This document shows positions 13,882-27,142 of a DNA stretch of 64,000 nucleotides, in pieces. Source of the stretch: Eledone cirrhosa (taxonomy: Eukaryota); assembly GCA_964016885.1 (NCBI GenBank), contig OZ024741.1, forward strand, positions 263,562,001 through 263,626,000, written 5' to 3'. The position numbers were made by a program, and so were the translations under genes. The notes under the pieces were generated by a model. That model worked only from the letters and a program-made list of their open reading frames with translations. It ran no database searches and had not been told where the DNA came from. The stretch's first letter is position 1. Each line of letters starts with the position of its first letter.

Positions 13882-15660
13882 TTCAGGTAAGTTATGAGGA
13901 AACAAAATCAGGATGCAGGCGGGCAGCGGCGACATTAAACTGTAGTCTAGTGTATGTGTGTGTTTATACACGGTTGTAGTTGACGGACGAGAGAAAACAG
14001 TACTCAATACTGAAGTAGAGTTTAAATATGCATTTATTATGGCTAATATATGTATATATTAGAATGTTTCATAAAATACCGTAGTATTAAAACTTTCAAA
14101 CATTGATTTAAGAGGTGCGTAGGAAGTGGTAGTGACTGAGAAGTTCCATAAATACACAGTGATGTATATATATATATATATGACTGTCTATCCTATCCAG
14201 CCATGAAAAATAACAAAAACAAATAACCCGTTATTTACATCTATTTGCATGTTTTCATCACTGTAGAAAAAGTCCACTTGAATTGCTGGCGTGTCGCTCC
14301 ACGTGCTTTTTTCTTTTCTCTCTCTATCTCACACTTCCCTTCTCTGTCTATCACACACACTTCTCTCTCTATCACACACACTTTCTCTCTCTATCACACA
14401 CACTTTCTCTCTCTATCTCACACTTTCTCTCTCTATCTCACACACTTTCTCTCTCTCTCTTGTTTGTTGCGGGATGTAGCTTTTCATACACACACACACT
14501 CCCACTTACATATATGCGTACTCGCTCATACTCTCACAAATTGATACACGCAGGACACACATGCTTATTCACACAAATTGATACATACATACATACATAC
14601 ATACATACATACACACTTACACGTGCGTACTCACTCACAAACACACACACACACTCACTCACACAAAACAAGTCTGAAGAATTGTGATAGTGTTTCCTCT
14701 TCCCTCTCCATTGCTTATGTTTTTCTGTCTCTCTTTTGTATTTGCTTGTTTGTCTCTCTTGTCTTCTCCCTCCCTCTCACGTCGTCTCTCCCTTTCCTTA
14801 TTTCTCTCTCTTTATTTCCCTCCTCTCTCTCTCTTCTTTATTTACTACTCTCTTTCTAGCGTCTGCTACAAAAAAAATGAGGGAGGGGGTAGCCTTCTGC
14901 TCCTACCTCTTTACATTCAAATACTGCGTGGGTAAAGGGAGGAGGAAATGGCGAACTTCCCTCCCTCTCCAGTTCTTGTCTACTGTAGGAGGTAAAGGAG
15001 AAAAAAAAAAAATAGTGATTATTTTTCTACCCTCCTGTTTCTCCCCATATAATATATATAGAGAAATTCGTTTTCAATCACAAGTATATATGTGTGTGTA
15101 CACACACACACACACACACACACATGAGAGGCAGAGGAAAGCAACAGCCTAGTCTCTCTACACGCAGGTAAATATATATGAATATATATTTTATACACGT
15201 GTGTGTGTAATAAAAAATCTTGGTTCATTTTTTTTCAATTCTCCTCTCTTTTCCTCTTCTTTTCCCCATCTCTGTTTCTCTTTCCCCCTACCACTTTTAC
15301 AATTTATGTATGTTTTCCTTCCCCATCTTCCTCTTTATTTTCTCTTCCCCCCCTCTCTCTCTTGTCCTTCTTTCTCGCATGAGTAGTGGGGGAAGGAGAA
15401 GTAGGAGGTACGTTCAATGACACTATTCTCCCATTTTCTCCTCTGTATTTAATTGTAATATCCTCCTCTCTACCTAATCTATCTTATGTATGTTAAGAGA
15501 AGAAAGTGGCATAGAAGAGGAGGCAATAGTGACAGCAACATATGTGAACATTATTATTATTAGAAGAGTAGTGGTGGTCGGGAGGAGGGAATGTGTGTGT
15601 GTGTATATATATATTCCAAAGAAACGTAAAAAATCAATTAAATGTATTAAACCTTGGTTA

Positions 15661-15698
<38 letters not shown>

Positions 15699-15763
15699 AT
15701 GAGAGGGAGAAACAAAAAAGGAAAAAAAATTTTTCTTCCTAATAATCGTCTCTTTCTCCCTGT

Positions 15764-15807
<44 letters not shown>

Positions 15808-16214
15808 GAAAAGTATAGAAATTGTTGTAGCGAGAAGCTAACAGTATTCCATAACATGTAAGAGTTTTATATATATATATATTGGAATAAATGCTATATA
15901 TATATATATATATAAAACTCTTACAAGAATCGAACTACGCATCTTCTACTTGTGCCGATCTTTTTACATAATTGTAATCATCAGTCAGTTGGTGGTGGGG
16001 TGGACTGGTAGGTAGAGTGATAGTGACACACATCACTCGCAGCAAGGTCTTTTAAAACTATTTTTACCCTACATAAATATGTAGTTAAAAGAAAGTCGCG
16101 AAGGGACAGACAACACTGTATGTGTGCGCACGCACACACACACACTGGTCACAATAGGGAAGGGGCGACCAGTTATTTTTCTAGTTTGTCTCCCTTGATT
16201 TAACCCCCCCCCCC

Positions 16215-16430
16215 CCAGAATTAGTCGTTTAGCTTACATATTACGATCTCAACCCATCCTATTTATTTTATAACGTATGGGAGTTCTAGTAATGTACTTT
16301 GTTTGTCATGTATAATGTCTCTTAATGTCTAAAGAAAATTATCGAAGGAATGCTACCACTTAAAATAAAAAGTGGAGGTAGGGGTAGTGAAAAAATCTGA
16401 AAAATTAATAGACGGGGGGGGGGTTATTTG

Positions 16431-16432
<2 letters not shown>
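16215..16432. mobile_element. Degraded copy of the CTCTCGGG-terminus MITE family
   Basis: Internal motifs aacccatcctat, taaagaaaatt and accacttaaaataaaa shared with 20089-20394 and 57562-57887. Confidence 0.55.
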
Positions 16433-16488
<56 letters not shown>

Positions 16489-16542
16489 TGTGTGTGTGTG
16501 GAAACGGCTTTTCTTTCAAACATATATTGAAAACAATAATTA

Positions 16543-16675
16543 CAGTGAAATTCCGTTTATAACGAATTTCAAGGGGGGGGGGGGGGGGTGATAACAAATT
16601 TCGTTGTAACGAGATCGAGCGTTTGTTTATTACCTCGGGGATCGACATTTTTTCGTTTTAACGGAATTTTACCTG
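16543..16675. mobile_element. Tc1/mariner (pogo/Tigger-like) MITE
   Basis: TA|cagtgaaattccgtt ... aacggaattttacctg|TA imperfect TIRs with TA flanks. Confidence 0.7.
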
Positions 16676-17622
16676 TATAACAAAACTGTTTTATGGATTG
16701 TAACTAGAAGGATGGAGATAGGTAGAGAACATTTTAGAACATCGGCCTCTCCTTTTATCTTAGTTATTTCTGGTCACTAATTTGCATTTTTGTATATTGA
16801 ATATATTTGTTTTTAGTTCCAATTATTTTGGTAAAGCTATTAATTTAGCTCTAAATATGTAATAATGTTTTGACAGACTGTAGCCTTCGTTTTGTGACTG
16901 TCTGACATAGAAGCTGTACAATTATTGTTATAATACTAGTAGAGCGATGTCGTCAATAATGACAGCAATGGTGTTGAACGTACTTCATTGGGGGGTGGGG
17001 GAAGAATTTGCCCTGCTATATATACTGAGGGTTACTTATTCATTCTGGCATGTTATAGATTTCTTTTTGTCGAACTTCTAAGTTACGGGACATAAACACA
17101 CACACATTTAATCTATCGAATTCTTTCACTTTCATTTTCTTGTCGGCCATTTTATATACTTAAAACGAAAGTTCTTTTTAAAGTCAGATTGCCAGCCACT
17201 TTATATACCTAAAGATGTAGGCAGGTGTTTACACCTCCCTATATCTTAAAAAATAAATTCTGTACCTAAATATACCTAAACTGAAACATCATCCCAACCT
17301 CCCTAGCTATACAAAAGTTGTGGAATTATTGCTGTTGGAACGCCATTGGTCATAATTCTTCAGTTGGATCAGAGATGATCAGAAGGTGGGAGGGGGGAAT
17401 CCACCGCCACCATATACGAACAACTTCATTTTGAGATAATTCTAAAGGCATATTTATTTTATCGACCTCAGTCGATGAGTCTTGGAGAGCCTGGGAAGCC
17501 ATGGTCATAACACTTTTCTCCAGACGAAACACATGCATACACATACTTACGCACACACATACATACATAACAGCAGTGAACGTTTCGTGGTAATTATATC
17601 TTAACACTCTGTAATGATTTTA

Positions 17623-17905
17623 GCAGGAAATATCTAAAAGCAAATTTGTGAATTCAAATGTTTTTAGTATCTTTTCTAGTGGCTAGATCGCCGCTGTGAA
17701 CATATGCAGTAAACTAAAGGCTTTTATTTTTGAAGTGTCATTCAGTTATGTTAATAACCTGTGTGTTTGTTAAATTAACCACCAACACCCAGTAATAATT
17801 GAGCAGAAAATATCTATAAACGTTTATTCAAATGTTTATAGTATCTTCACTAGTAGAAAGATATTTGTGAAGATCTTTGCGGTAAACTAAAGTGTTTAAT
17901 TTTTA
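17623..17905. repeat. Diverged direct duplication, period about 180 bp
   Basis: gcag(g/a)aaatatcta...attcaaatgttt...tagtatctt...gtaaactaaag occurs twice. Confidence 0.65.
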
Positions 17906-18995
17906 ATGCGATGCAGTCATAGTTCTGTTTTCAAGAATACCATGCCAATGTGGTAAAAGAGGCTAAAAGTTAAAACCAAGTTTTCATACATCATCATCAT
18001 CATCTTGTAGTTATCATTTATCTTTAATAAATTTCTCAATGTAATAGCTATTTTCTAATCAACATTCGCGTGTGTATATATGTTTATTTCTCTCTCTATA
18101 TATATGCATATTTATACATACGTATGTATATATATATATATGTGTGTGTGTATTCCAGTTTTAGCATCTCGCACTAAACCGCTGAAAACATCCGCTTTCC
18201 TTATCTATTCCACCAATTAACCATTCTCTCTTCTATCTTTCTCTCTAACCCCCTCCCTCTCCTATCTTTCTCACTCACGCTCTCCCTCACTCCCTCACTC
18301 TATCACACTTTCTCTCTTTCTCACTTGACTTAACTGTTTATCTCCACGCTGGCTATGTTTCACATCTCCTTTGTGATTTTTAGATGTTTAGTAAAATGCA
18401 CTAAACTCTCGATTAGGCCATCACCACAACAGCAACAACCACATCACCACAGCAACAACACTATCACCACCACCGCCATCATAACATCACTACCACCACC
18501 ATCACTTAGTATTAACATTTATTTCTCTTCTCACTTTTTTAATACTGTACGGAGACGCCGAGTTGTAAGCCATGGAGAAATTGTAAAATTTTGTTTCACT
18601 GGATTGTTTCCACAGTCGGAAGTTAGTCACGTATGTCTGTATGTTTGTCTCTGTATGTGTGTTTGTTTGTTTGTATGAGTGTGAATGTCTGTCTGTATTT
18701 CGGTGTGTCTGAGTGTGTGTGTATCCATGTGTGTGTGTCTGTATGTTAGTTTTTCATATTATTGTAACTGCAGTATTTTCAACAGTACGTTCTACAAATG
18801 TTCTCCGCCGGAAATCGATGTCGTGAAACAAAAGAAGTTTCTAGATTCAGTTGAATAAAGTAGTTTTGACTTTTTACAAAGCAGTATTGAGTTCTCTCTG
18901 TTTCATACTTGTTTACACTGGAGAGGGTATATCCAGGGGTCGGCGCACGCACGCACGCACGCACACGCACGCACACACGCACGCACCCACGCACA

Positions 18996-19028
<33 letters not shown>

Positions 19029-19505
19029 CACACACACCACACACACCACACACCACACACCACACACCACACACCACACACACCACACACACACGTGTAA
19101 AGTGGTTGGCGTTAGGAGGACAATAGCTCCGATTAATTACGGAGGACTTGGTCTGTAATAACAAGCCCAGCCTATGCCAGTATGTGCCAAGCTGTATTGG
19201 ACATCACACACAGAGACAGAGTAGGTGATTCAGTGAATTACTGGCGATGGTACCAAAAACCCACATACGCCCACACACAGAAAAATAGGGCCGATGCTTA
19301 TATATATACACCATCGTCTCACAAATCACAACGGACACTATATTTTTTTTTATTGCATCACAAATCTGAAGAGCAGATCGATAATGGACTCGGGTCCATA
19401 ACTTCTATTGGGTGACCCTGAGCTAATTCTTTGCGAAACCCATGTAATAGGTCGTTACACAATAAAAATCTAAATACATGTAAACGAAACTTTATCGCTC
19501 TATTT

Positions 19506-19562
<57 letters not shown>

Positions 19563-20088
19563 GTTCACCAATGGATGGAACTGGTCATTCCGTTTAGTTA
19601 ATCATGATTTAATAGTAGGAAAAGCACTCTGTTATGCAACTCACCCACGGTTGGCTGGTACAGGAACGGAGTTAAATATTTATTTATTTGATTAAAATAA
19701 CAAGATGCCGGACTGGTGATATTCCTTTAAAGTTTTATTGTTGCAAAAAACACTATATTTCGCGGGTCATCTCCGAATCAAATATTTTCTGTGTTTGTCG
19801 TTATTTCCTTTATTGATTACTAATTACGCAACCGGTATCTGATGATGTTGCCGTGATCTTAAGTAACCAGGCCATTGGAATATATATATATATATATATA
19901 TAAATTTTTTTTTTTTTTTTTTTTTTCAACCAAAAAATTTTGAAGGGATATCACCAGGTACGTATGCCCTTAATGTAATTCCCGAGCTGAATTAACGTGG
20001 AACTATGTCGCCAGGCATGACTGGACTTTTGAATTACGGTGGGTACAATCCATCCGACAGCACAAACCACCCACACAATTCCTGTCGA

Positions 20089-20394
20089 CTCCCAAGGCCC
20101 AAATAATGGGGCAGGGTGGAAATAGGTAATTTTTCTAGGTTGTCTCTCATCATAATAAATAAGAGAATTAGTTGATTAGTTTACATACTGGGACCCCAAC
20201 CCATCCTATCTATTTCATGTATGGGATTGGGATTTCCTGTAATGTTCTTCTTTTTTTTTTGTCATGTATGTTTTTAATGCCTAAAGAAAATTAATTGCCG
20301 CAGGATTGTTACCACTTAAAATAAAATTTCGCCGGAGATAGGTTAGCAAAATTTTATAAGCGTGGGGGACGGACGGTTATTCGAGGCCCGAGAG
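20089..20394. mobile_element. MITE (CTCTCGGG termini) inserted in a minus-strand family C SINE
   Basis: Right end ttattcgaggcccgagag|ta; internally homologous to 57562-57887. Confidence 0.65.
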
Positions 20395-20826
20395 TACCCA
20401 GTTTCACTCACATGGTTTTGAACGACCCTGGGTTGGGGCTAAGACACCAAGCAATGGAATCAAACTAGAGAGAGACCTTAAAATTGGGAATTGCCCGTCT
20501 ATCATCATATTTAAAGAGGAGACGTTCTTTTGTGTATTTGTGTGTGCTCCCCTCCTCTTGCTCGCTCTCTCTCTCTCTAACAGTTTTATATTGTCCAACT
20601 AGGTCCGGTTTTAGACGGTGTTTGGTATTGAAGTTTGTTTTACAGTCGGCCATTCTTATTTATCTTTTTTTTTTTAATGGGTTGTCAGGCAGGGTTTGGC
20701 GGAACATGCAAAAATGTTGGACAGCACAAAAAAAAAATGCCTTCAAAATATTTCAGCAATGCTGGTAGTCACTGCATTCGCCTCTCTCGCTCTCCCCATC
20801 TGTCACTATTATGAGCAAATGGGGGC

Positions 20827-21030
20827 CTACGCGCTGGCCGCCTCGACGGACAGAATAGAGAAGGCATTTTACCAGAGGATGGTGAGGTTAGACGCGTTGA
20901 AAGAGCCATTTCAGCTCGAGAGGTTCACACCTACGGGTAGCCAACTTCGTGCTGATAGTGGTGAGTAGAGAGGTGGTCCTAGGACCAAGAACACCAGAAA
21001 TCTCCACTGTTGTTATCTGTATATATGCTG
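20827..21030 (-). pseudogene. CRE-clade non-LTR retrotransposon C-terminal (RLE) relic
   Basis: Translates TVEISGVLGPRTTSLLTTISTKLATRRCEPLELKWLFQRV, then after a frameshift LTILW*NAFSIL. Matches the CRE pattern AVETxG..GP...EPRE..WLxQRxSxAIxRGNA. Confidence 0.75.
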
Positions 21031-21625
21031 AGTTGAAATGCTGCTGGTCAAAAAGCGTAGAGGTGTGTAGGTCATTAAGCGAGACTGGATATTACTGGTA
21101 TATTATTCGACAACCATGGCGATGTTTCAGCTGAAATGCCAGAAACTAAAAAAAAATAAATCGTGTTATAAATGACGAAACAGTAAAACGCATGCACGCT
21201 CACGCACTCACGCAAAGCTACACACGCACACCACGAGAAATAAATATGTATTGGATACATTTTCTAGACAACATGAAACCAATTTAGGATGGTAAGGTGT
21301 AATGTAGGGAGTGGTATTGGTGGTTAGCTTGTGGTAATGGTAAGTATTGGGTTACCAGCTCATTGGTTGTGAAATTAACCCCCCCCCCCCCCAGGCCGCC
21401 TCATTGTCTACCTCAGATCAGTTCATCTCGTTACTGGAGTTTATAGCCCCAGTTCAACAACATGATAGTGATTTTACGATTTTGCTTTTATTCTGGAACG
21501 CTGTAACTGAAGACACTAGAATTACCTTTTGTTACACCCTAATACCGTTTTTTCATCTTAGTAACAGCTGTTAAAAAAGGCACTGAATACATGTGAAGGG
21601 ATTGCATTATTAGAGCCCTCCCCCC

Positions 21626-21840
21626 AGCGGTGGATTGGCAGAATCGCTAGAGCATCGGACACCAATCTTCGCGACAGAGTTACGGCTTTTTACGTTCTGA
21701 GTTCAAATCCCGCCGAGGCTAGCTTTGCCTTTCATCCTTACGGGGTCGATAAAATAAAATAACAATGAGTCGATTTAATCGATACCCCCCCCCCCCCAAA
21801 AAAAAAAATTGCTTGTTTTGTGCCTAAAGTAGAAACGATT
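21626..21840 (+). mobile_element. SINE family A, long subfamily
   Basis: Full head and core, plus the gtcgatttaatcga hairpin and C-run before the tail. Confidence 0.85.
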
Positions 21841-21864
21841 ATTAGCCCCCCCCCTCTAAAAAAA

Positions 21865-22460
21865 ATTCAATTTGGCTGTTATTTCTAGTATTCGAGAGTT
21901 GCCGTTTATTCTCCTATCGTTGATTTCTTGTTGACCCTAGGTCAACATTGGTTGACCTGACCTCTCGGATTACGTTATTCAACAACACTTCCTCCTCAAC
22001 TTTTTAAAATGGTAAATTGGCTGCTATTTCTAACAATCGAGAGACTACTTTTATTTTTCTACCGTTGTCAGCGCTGGTCAAACTGACCTAGGATTACGTT
22101 CAATGTCCTCCCCACTTTAAAAATAGAAATTTGGCTGCTGTTTCTAGCAGTCGAGAGACGGCGTTCATTCTTCTTTTTTTGTTTAACCCTAGGTCTGCTG
22201 TATTGGTCGAACTGACCTCTAGGATTACATTATTTAATGTCCCGCCGAGATTAACTTTGCCTTTCATCCTTACGGGGTCGATAAAATAAAGTACCAGTAA
22301 TTGCTTGCCTTGTGCCAAAAGTAGAACCAATTATTTAATGTCTCCTCTCCTCTTTTTTTAAATAGAAATTTGACTGCTATTTCTAGCAGGTTGGAGACGA
22401 CGTTCATTCTTCTATCATTCTTTAACCCTAGGTCTGTTGTACTGGTCTAGCGGACATGAT
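21865..22460. repeat. Four diverged tandem units (about 115-145 bp) of a ttggctgctatttctagca repeat
   Basis: Motif at about 21871, 22017, 22130 and 22369, each followed by gaga.. and ctagg-type motifs. Confidence 0.7.
22242..22329 (+). mobile_element. 5'-truncated family A SINE with 13-bp TSD
   Basis: attatttaatgtc at 22229-22241 and 22330-22342. Confidence 0.85.
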
Positions 22461-22642
22461 CAAAAGCGGTTCCATCTTTGTCACTGTATCACGCTGGTTC
22501 TCCTTTGTAGTTACGTAATTACTACACGTGCCTTTGAATTACCTTGGCTATGAGTAGACCGTTTCGTCGACGGAAAAATTAGGACAGCGATCGTCGAACT
22601 CGGTGGAGGGTTCATTTAGTTAGTTATTCTCTACGGTGATGT

Positions 22643-22851
22643 ATTGGCAGTATGGGTAGAGCGTCGGACACCTTGTTTTGCGGCAGAGTTACAGCCCTTT
22701 ACGTTCTAAGTTCAAATCCCGCCGAGGTTAGCTTTGCTTTGACTTTCATCCTTACGGGGTCGATAAAATAAAGTACCAGTAACGCACTGGATTCGATTTA
22801 ATCGACGCCCCCCAAAAAGAAGAATTGCTGGCCTTGTGCCTAAAGTAGAAA
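22643..22851 (+). mobile_element. SINE family A, long subfamily
   Basis: Head, core, hairpin and tail all present. Confidence 0.85.
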
Positions 22852-23032
22852 TCATTTACGAGAGGCATTTGACTGACTCTGACACAGTTAGAAGGCGGCG
22901 GCGGCAGTGGCGAATTGGCGGAGCGACCCACTGTTCTCCTGAGTTCGAATCCTGCTTAGGTCAACTTTGACTTTCATCTTTTTCGGGGGTCAATAAACTA
23001 ACATAGTCGTCTTTGATTGTCGAGTTTTTCGT

Positions 23033-23175
23033 TTGACACACTAATGTCGCTGCGGTTCCACCGTGGACTCTTTCGGCCTCCACCCGCTTTCCTGTCGCCA
23101 CAGTGTCGGTCGCATTCCACGCCATGCTTCCCCCAACAAGGTCATTAAGCACGTCTCCATTCTGTCCGCCGGGGC
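23033..23175 (+). pseudogene. CRE-clade retrotransposon zinc-knuckle relic
   Basis: CRCGSTVDSFGLHPLSCRHSVGRIPRHASPNKVIK is the CCHC knuckle plus RH motif that precedes the RLE domain. Confidence 0.8.
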
Positions 23176-23629
23176 TGTGGGTGCGCCCCATAGCGAACCG
23201 TTGTAATTGTTGTAGAAGAAGCAGGAAGACAACTGGAAAGTTTGATTTTCTACTTTATCATTTACTTCTGCATTGAAATATATATATATACATACATACA
23301 AATAAAATATAGAGTTATTAACTCATATGGATACCCTGCAATTAACAAGCTCAAAGTATAAATACTGAGCATTATAATATTAATATGTGTAGAAGTACTG
23401 TCTTTACTTCTATACATACATATATTGTTTGCTTTGGACAAGTAGCTCAATGTCAGCAGATCAACTCTTCTAAACACCTATTTTTATCCCTTTCTTCCTG
23501 GTTTAAACATTTCAGTATTTCTAAAGGTGAGTCATTTTTGATTATATAAAAAATGACCTGATCAATTCAACTGCTGCAGTCAATGTTGTTGTATATAACT
23601 GCAGCTGTTGCAACATTATATTACTTATT

Positions 23630-23728
23630 CGAGGTTAACTTTGTCTTTCATCCTTACGAGGTCGATAAAATAAAGTACCAGTAATGTACTGGGTAATTGC
23701 TGGCCTTGTGCCTAAAATAGAAACAATT
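23630..23728 (+). mobile_element. 5'-truncated family A SINE, short subfamily
   Basis: Core and tail present; flanking duplication attacttatt. Confidence 0.8.
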
Positions 23729-23998
23729 ACTTATTATTATCATTGCTTGTGTCAGTAAAGCTTTACATAGATACATACATACATACGTGTGTGTGTTTAT
23801 AAATAATTACAACTGTGCCATAAACAGGTATTTTTCTTATGACAGGCTGAATGAGTTGGGGTCCAGAACCCAACGAAACTTTAGTACCTGTTTGTCAATG
23901 TTGTAATAATTATAAACACGTCCTATGGACCGAGTGCTCTTACCCTTCGATATTTCTACTAAACTGTTACTACAGTATGTGTGTGTGTATATATATAT

Positions 23999-24295
23999 AA
24001 TCGAGTACTCTGGTGAGCAATGGTCCAACTGGTTTTTACTGAATCCATTCTGATTTATACATTATATATATATATATATATATGTTTATATATATAATAT
24101 AGAAATGGCATTTCTATATTAAATCTTTATACTCTGCATTGTATTGAGTACCTTACTTTGGTTACCCCCGATTGAATTCAGGATAAACTTAAAGATCCCG
24201 TTAAGGGTGAAAGCAGCGATTCTTTGCTTAAACTTTAATTTGTTATTTTATAAATATATATATTTATAAATATATATATTTATAAATATATATAT

Positions 24296-24328
<33 letters not shown>

Positions 24329-24392
24329 ATGTATAAATCAGAATGGATTCAGTAAAAACCAGTTGGACCATTGCTCACTAGAGTACTCGATT
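23999..24392. repeat. Inverted repeat with about 65-bp arms (1 mismatch) extended by (TA)n
   Basis: aatcgagtactct(g/a)gtgagc...tgatttatacatt at 23999-24063 and its reverse complement at 24328-24392. Confidence 0.9.
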
Positions 24393-24628
24393 CTTGGGGT
24401 AGTAGAATGGGTAATATGAAAGTTTCGGGAACCCGACGGGTGAGTTCTTGCTGTTTCAACAGCTACGTTTAGCTGTTAAAAGGGCAGGAGCTCAGCTGTC
24501 TTGTTCCCGAATCCTTCATAAGTGTATATATGCAATATATTATATATTGCACAGTCATTGACAAGTAGTTTTTGTTTTTTTAATTTTTGTCAGCGGCGTT
24601 ATTTATTATGCAGAGCATAGCTTGTCAA

Positions 24629-24675
<47 letters not shown>

Positions 24676-24881
24676 GTGTGTGTTCTTTTTTTCTTTCTTT
24701 TTTTTGACAATTATTTTATTTCAAAATACTCATGTATTCCGAGGATAAAATTACATGGAAATAATATAGAATTTAATAGTTAGTTAAACATAGATAAAAA
24801 AGTAGTATTGGAAAGGACTATATATGAGAGGGCAATGGAAGAAAGGTGGAAGGGGAGAGGGTGACAACATTTAGGCTTAGG

Positions 24882-25012
24882 TTAGAGCGGTGTTTCGGCT
24901 GCATCCCGCAGACAAAACGGCAAAGGCATTTTCGCGAACAATGGCCAGTGACACTCGCTGCAACAGCCACCCCACCTCGCGGGGCTCCTTCCTCAGACGG
25001 GATGCTATTTTA
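24882..25012 (-). pseudogene. CRE-clade C-terminal relic
   Basis: KIASRLRKEPREVGWLLQRVSLAIVRENAFAVLSAG. Confidence 0.75.
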
Positions 25013-25751
25013 ACTTCGTTCTATTCTATTTTTCACTCTTGCATTGTATCGGCTCTTCGAAAACAATCAACCATCCATTTGCATGGCCATACATCTTAAA
25101 ACTGAAACCAGTAAAACTTGTTTTTTGTTTTTATTCTTACATGAAAAGCAATTCTGTCTAACACTAACACTGACACAAAGACAGCAATTTAGGAGGAAGG
25201 GGAAGTCGATTATATCAACCCCCTACTACTTAACAGGTACTTTATTTTATCGACCACGACGAGATTTGAAACCAGAACGAAGGAAAATGTCGTAACTAAA
25301 TATTACAAAGGTTTTGTCTAGCGCACTGGCTCCGATTTAACGAACTTTCGCCATTAGCAGGCACACTTTCGCACCACTGCGCCACTATCAGTCCGCTAAA
25401 TCAAGGGTTTACTCTGTGATGTCACCAGCTGTTGGTAGGTGTCATTGTTACTCTGTTGTTGGTATCCGTGCCACTAGAACATGGCTAATGTACTCTTGTT
25501 ACTATGACCACACCTATTTCTGTTGGCTACTATAACCACTATTGTTTCCAGTCACCATGACAGTGTTGACATCTTTGGCACGGCTAATCATCGTTACTTT
25601 GACAACTGTGGGACACGCAATATGGCCGGCCGGCCGGTTAGTTGGTTTCACTAAGCAATCATAACATTCTGGGTTCGATCCCGCTGTCATAGCTACTCCG
25701 ATCGGATCCCGTATTTTAACACCAGTTAATTACTGAAACTTATGAGATACC

Positions 25752-25895
25752 ATCGGTAGAGGGTCGGACGCCATGCTTTGAAGCATAGAGTTACCTCTCT
25801 CTATGATCTGAGTTCAAATCCTTACGGGATCGATAAAATAAAGTACCAGTAATGCACTGAGTAATTGCTGGCCTTGTGCCAAAGTAGAAACAATT
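25752..25895 (+). mobile_element. Family A SINE (internally deleted) lying between pieces of a family C SINE (about 25640-26110)
   Basis: Head fragment joined directly to ccttacggg and tail. Confidence 0.7.
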
Positions 25896-26323
25896 ATCAA
25901 TGGGCCAATGTCATTTATCATATCTTCGGGTCAACCCATGCCTTGTGGGTGAAATTAGGCAAGCAGAAACTGTTTAGAAACCTGTCGAATGGATGGTACC
26001 AGTAATTCTGTCATTTAAAGAGCCAGCCTTTTCACACTGTATCTATGGTACACATTAAAGGTACGTTAAGGATACACATCTGCGGAATGCTCAGTCACTT
26101 GCACAGCAATTTCACTGAGGTCCTTTCCATGACAGCTGTTATTAGCATCACAACGTATTGTTGATTCATGTATTATTCTAACGAGGAATAATTTCTGTCC
26201 GTTTCGAGTTCAAATCCCGTGTTTGAGCACCAGTTAATTACTGGTAGTTATAGGATACCAATTTGTCCATTGTTATCAAATTAGACAGTCTTGTGTTCAA
26301 GTTAGAAATAAGTCATTAGTATT

Positions 26324-26505
26324 GGTAGTGTCGGACAAGATGCTTTGCAGCACTTTTCGTTCCGAGTTCAAATCCTGTCGAGGTTAACTTTGCTTTTCAT
26401 CCTCATGGGGTCGATAAAATAAAGTACCAGTAATGCACTTGGTTTCATTTAATCGACTTCCCCTGCCCCCAAAATTGCTGGCTTTATGCCTAAAGTAGAA
26501 ACAAT
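26324..26505 (+). mobile_element. SINE family A, long subfamily
   Basis: B-box, core, hairpin remnant, (ATT)n tail. Confidence 0.8.
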
Positions 26506-26824
26506 TATTATTATTGTTCTTCTGTTGTTATAGCAACCCTTGATGCTGTCGCTGTCGATTTGATAACATTTATTAGCAACATTACAGTCGCTATGTTCGT
26601 GACTTCGGGGAAGCCGAGGTGGTGTGGGCATGTAACAAGATCGGATGGACTCTAAGACAATTCTTAATGTGGGGTTGACAGGAAAGAACTTAACCACAAC
26701 TCAAGCACTCGCCCAAGGCCACCAGAGATAGAGGCAGTTGGTGCAGCTTTCAACACTGCAGTGTCTCAACAACCCGTAAAAGGGTTAAGGGACCATGATG
26801 ATGAAGTTAATGTAAAAGCCTATA

Positions 26825-27052
26825 CCTTCGAAGTAGTTGATATCTTCTGTTACCTAAGTGACATAATCAGCAGTGGAAGAAGTTACTCAGAAAGCAGAGT
26901 AACCGAAATATGAAAGGGGTGGTGGTAGTGAGGGCTCAGGGACCTTTACTGTTAACAAAGAAAGTCTCTCCTCTAGCGAAGATTAGATTTAGATTGGTAA
27001 TGGTTGTGTACGAAGTGCGATGTTGTACGGTAGCAAAACATGGACATTGAAT
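26825..27052 (+). pseudogene. Degraded RTE RT fragment
   Basis: FEVVDIFCYLSDIISSG...MLYGSKTWTL aligns to IEIVDSFRYLGDKISSG...MLHGSETWAL of the 34400 ORF. Confidence 0.8.
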
Positions 27053-27142
27053 ATAGATATACATACACACACTGTGCTGCGTATATGGAGTCACCTCATC
27101 AGTGAATGTTTTATTTTTATACCTATAAATCTACAACCTAAC

